From NCBI GenBank assembly GCA_965242615.1, contig CBDESR010000002.1, forward strand, positions 136,349 through 200,348: a DNA stretch of 64,000 nt. Reading direction: 5' to 3'. The notes under the pieces are model-generated. The model searched no databases, had not been told where the DNA came from, and saw nothing but the letters and a program-made list of their open reading frames with translations. Position 1 is the first letter of the stretch; each line of letters starts with the position of its first letter. Shown here in pieces: positions 61,391-64,000 of the stretch. The stretch comes from Dehalococcoidia bacterium. Lineage in GTDB: Bacteria > Chloroflexota > Dehalococcoidia > Lucifugimonadales > UBA3495. A program made the translations under genes and the position numbers.

Positions 61391-61452
61391 AGTGCCACCC
61401 CGTTCCTTGACGCTGGGGTAACACTGCCCTAGAATGCGATGGCGTTGAACGA

Positions 61453-62565
61453 GTGCCGTTGCCCCATTGCCGGCGCAACCGGACGCCCCAGGAAAGAACT
61501 TTGACCGATACCGCCCGCAAATCGACCGGCGCAGAACGGGTTATCACCGGGACGGCGCGCCCGGATGATGAGAACCTGGATCTTTCCCTGCGCCCCCGGC
61601 ATTTGGCGGAGTTTGTGGGGCAGGCCCAAGTCAAAGACAACTTGAACATTGGCATCCGGGCGGCCAAGCTGCGGGGGGAGCCGCTGGATCATATCGTCCT
61701 TTACGGGCCGCCGGGATTGGGCAAGACTACTTTGGCGCACATCATCGCCGAGGAAATGGGAGTCAATATCAAGGTAACTTCCGGGCCGGCTATTGAGCGG
61801 GCCGGGGATATGGCAGCCATCCTGACCGCCTTGCATGCGCAGGATATTCTCTTTATTGACGAAATCCATCGGTTGAATCGGACGGTGGAGGAAGTGCTGT
61901 ATTCGGCGATGGAGGATTTTTTCCTGTCGTGGATGGTGGGCAAGGGGCTGGCGGCGCGGAGTATCAACCTGCGAATTAACCCCTTTACGCTGATTGGGGC
62001 GACTACCCGGTTTTCCCTACTGAGCGCGCCGCTGCGGGATCGGTTCGGTTCAGTGTTCCGCTTGGACTATTACGAGCAGGCGGATATGGAGGTGGTAGTC
62101 AAACGGTCGGCGGGGATTTTGGGCGTGGCCGCCGAAGCTGAGGGCATTGTGGCCGTGGCGGCCCGTTCCCGGGGGACGCCGCGCATTGCCAACCGCCTGC
62201 TGCGGCGGACGCGGGATTATGCGCTGGTGGAAGCGGACAATCGGATTACCGGGCCGGTGGCGCAGGAAGCGTTGAACCGGCTGGGTGTGGACGGCTTGGG
62301 GCTGGACGATGCCGACCATCGGCTTTTGTCCAGTATCATTGACAAGTTTGACGGCGGGCCGGTGGGACTGGATACGCTGGCGGCATCGTTGAGCGAGGAT
62401 TCGGATACGGTTATGGAAGTGCTGGAGCCGTATCTGATGCAGTTGGGGTTTCTGGAGCGGACGCCGCGGGGGCGTACCACTACACGGCGGGCGCACGAAT
62501 ACTTGGGGCGGCCGTGGCAGGGATTGACCGAACCCAGCGACCAGGGGCGGCTTTCCGGTATCTGA
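61453..62565 (+). CDS. ruvB: Holliday junction branch migration DNA helicase RuvB
   Basis: [19 protein letters not shown]..., Walker [20 protein letters not shown] (Walker B), [13 protein letters not shown]. The start is uncertain: GTG 61453, or TTG 61501 preceded by AGGAAAG. Confidence 0.92.
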   Translation: MPLPHCRRNRTPQERTLTDTARKSTGAERVITGTARPDDENLDLSLRPRHLAEFVGQAQVKDNLNIGIRAAKLRGEPLDHIVLYGPPGLGKTTLAHIIAEEMGVNIKVTSGPAIERAGDMAAILTALHAQDILFIDEIHRLNRTVEEVLYSAMEDFFLSWMVGKGLAARSINLRINPFTLIGATTRFSLLSAPLRDRFGSVFRLDYYEQADMEVVVKRSAGILGVAAEAEGIVAVAARSRGTPRIANRLLRRTRDYALVEADNRITGPVAQEALNRLGVDGLGLDDADHRLLSSIIDKFDGGPVGLDTLAASLSEDSDTVMEVLEPYLMQLGFLERTPRGRTTTRRAHEYLGRPWQGLTEPSDQGRLSGI

Positions 62566-62605
62566 CCGCTATCCCCGGACTGACCGGGATACTTTGGGAG
62601 GAAGG

Positions 62606-62929
62606 ATGATTTACGAACTGCGGATTTACGAAACCATCCCCGGCCGGTTGCCGGCGTTGAACGAACGGTTTGCCAACCACACCCTGGGCTTTTTCGAGAA
62701 GCACGGCATCCATGTGGTTGGGTTCTGGACCGAGGAAATCGGCACCAGCAACCAGTTGGTGTATATGCTGGGCTTTGACAGCTTGGCGGACCGGGAGCAG
62801 AAGTGGAACGCCTTTCAAGCCGACCCGGGGTGGCATCAGGTACGGGCGAATTCGGAGTTGGATGGGCCGATTAACGCCCGGGTGCGGAATATGATTCTGC
62901 GGCCGACCAGTTATTCGCCGATGCAGTAG
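62606..62929 (+). CDS. NIPSNAP family protein
   Basis: ORF 62594..62929. I prefer ATG 62606 (MIYELRIYETIPGRLPALNERF...VGFWTEEIGTSNQLVYMLGFDSLADRE). Confidence 0.75.
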   Translation: MIYELRIYETIPGRLPALNERFANHTLGFFEKHGIHVVGFWTEEIGTSNQLVYMLGFDSLADREQKWNAFQADPGWHQVRANSELDGPINARVRNMILRPTSYSPMQ

Positions 62930-63053
62930 CCGGCATAACTCGGGCAGTGGCGGCGGCCGACCCCGACTCCGACAGCACCCCGGCCGCCGCCGAAACCGTC
63001 TGAAAAGCGATGAACTCCTGCCGGCAAAGTGTGCGAAATAGACTCCCGCCGCC

Positions 63054-63266
63054 TCACACCTCAATGCTCACTACTTCATACTCCCCGGTAGCCGCCGCCA
63101 CGGCCTCCGCCTGGTTCATCTCCAGCGCCTCCCGCAACGCTGAACGCAGGTTCTCCAGCAACTCCCCCCGGGTCTCCCCTTGCGAATTCACCCCGGGAAC
63201 CTCCTCAATCCAGCCTACCCTCTACTTGCCATTGGGCTGAATTATCGCTGTATAAGCGGTTTTCAT
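63054..63266 (-). pseudogene. HicB-family (UPF0150) antitoxin-like gene interrupted by an in-frame TAG at codon 15
   Basis: Not in the ORF track. My translation from ATG 63266 (SD GGAGGG 8 nt upstream) gives MKTAYTAIIQPNGK*RVGWIEEVPGVNSQGETRGELLENLRSALREALEMNQAEAVAAATGEYEVVSIEV, with a stop at 63056-63054. The internal TAG is at 63224-63222. I found no adjacent HicA-like ORF. Confidence 0.6.
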
Positions 63267-63313
63267 CGACCGATTCCCTCCTACCTTCAGGCTTTCCCAC
63301 ACTACCCAAAAAC

Positions 63314-64000
63314 CTACCCCGACAGCGTCCGCTCCTCCAACGCCAGCACCCGCCGCAGCTCAAAAATCTCATCCCGCACCTGCGCCGCTTTCTCAAACTC
63401 CAAGTTCCGCGCCGCATCCTTCATCTGCACCTCCAAATCCTTAATCACCCGGAACATATCCTCCCGCGACATCTCCTGCCGCACCGTGCGGTAGCTCCCC
63501 CGGCTCTCCCCAATCCCCTTAATCCCCTCCGTTATGTCATGCACCGCCTTATGGATGCTCTGCGGCTCAATCCCGTGTTCCCGGTTATACACATCCTGGA
63601 TACGCCGCCGCCGATAAGTCTCGTCAATGGCCCGCTTCATCGAATCGGTAACCCGGTCGGCGTACATTATCACATGACCCTCCGCATGACGGGCCGCCCG
63701 CCCGATGGTCTGAATCAGCGCGGTAGTCGAGCGCAGATACCCCTCCTTATCCGCATCCAGAATCGCCACCAAACTCACCTCCGGCAAGTCCAGCCCCTCC
63801 CGCAGCAGGTTAATCCCCACAATCACATCGTACACGCCCAACCGCAAATCCCGCAGGATTTCCACCCGCTCCAAAGTGTGAATGTCCGAGTGCAGGTAAT
63901 GATTGCGGATACCCATTTCCGACAGAAAATCCGCCAACTCCTCCGCCATCCGCTTGGTCAGCGTCGTTACCAGACACCGCTGCCCCAAGTCAACTCGAAC
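63314..64000 (-). CDS. uvrB: Excinuclease ABC subunit B, C-terminal part (5' end outside the window)
   Basis: [82 protein letters not shown]...GRAARH, plus the C-terminal UVR domain ([17 protein letters not shown]). The frame stays open to the window end. Confidence 0.93.
   Translation of the reverse strand, partial: VRVDLGQRCLVTTLTKRMAEELADFLSEMGIRNHYLHSDIHTLERVEILRDLRLGVYDVIVGINLLREGLDLPEVSLVAILDADKEGYLRSTTALIQTIGRAARHAEGHVIMYADRVTDSMKRAIDETYRRRRIQDVYNREHGIEPQSIHKAVHDITEGIKGIGESRGSYRTVRQEMSREDMFRVIKDLEVQMKDAARNLEFEKAAQVRDEIFELRRVLALEERTLSG

Noticed and set aside
62480-63064. 194-aa minus-strand ORF overlapping the NIPSNAP gene and the ruvB end
   Set aside because: It is antisense to a well-supported NIPSNAP gene and its translation is Arg/Pro-rich. 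I also checked it as a possible HicA partner of the HicB-like pseudogene and saw no resemblance.
63222-63224. In-frame TAG in the HicB-like gene as a possible pyrrolysine or other recoding site
   Set aside because: No Pyl-system context is present and there is no reason for Pyl in an antitoxin-fold protein. The expected residue is an ordinary aromatic, so a nonsense mutation (pseudogene) is the simplest reading.

Overview
High-GC bacterial chromosomal window. Gene content and style suggest a Chloroflexota-like organism, but that taxonomy is inference only. Most of the window is core energy and central metabolism.

Core genes:
- Two divergent copies of an 11-gene NADH:quinone oxidoreductase (nuo) operon, both lacking nuoEFG. 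Copy 1 is on the minus strand at 1-7281, with nuoL cut by the window edge and missing from the ORF track. Copy 2 is on the plus strand at 37415-48327.
- A non-classical succinate dehydrogenase/fumarate reductase: sdhA, sdhB and an HdrB-like CCG-domain subunit.
- mdh, monomeric icd, moaA/moaC, rdgB, nadK, a NUDIX hydrolase, ruvB, partial uvrB and one tRNA(CAT).

Accessory pieces:
- Two adjacent frame-disrupted IS elements directly upstream of the nuo copy 1 promoter.
- A 141-bp MITE with perfect 23-bp terminal inverted repeats and a 9-bp target duplication; its ends match those of one of the IS elements.
- A PD-(D/E)XK nuclease-like two-gene cassette.
- A secreted HExxH peptidase with an unusual C-terminal sorting-type tail.
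- A peptide ABC importer without ATPase genes.
- Several A/T-richer hypothetical genes.

Strongest findings:
1. A membrane-anchored thioredoxin-fold redoxin has an in-frame TGA exactly at the first Cys of its CxxC motif, followed by a SECIS-like hairpin. It is a candidate selenoprotein with a UxxC site. The ORF track splits it into two ORFs.
2. Each nuo operon carries its own embedded small non-nuo gene or genes. Copy 1 has a tandem pair of paralogous HicB-fold proteins between nuoC and nuoD. Copy 2 has a DUF2007-like protein between nuoK and nuoL. These are possible lineage-specific accessory subunits of EFG-less complex I-like enzymes.

No rRNA genes or CRISPR arrays were seen. Many long ORFs in the track are antisense shadow ORFs typical of high-GC DNA and were rejected.
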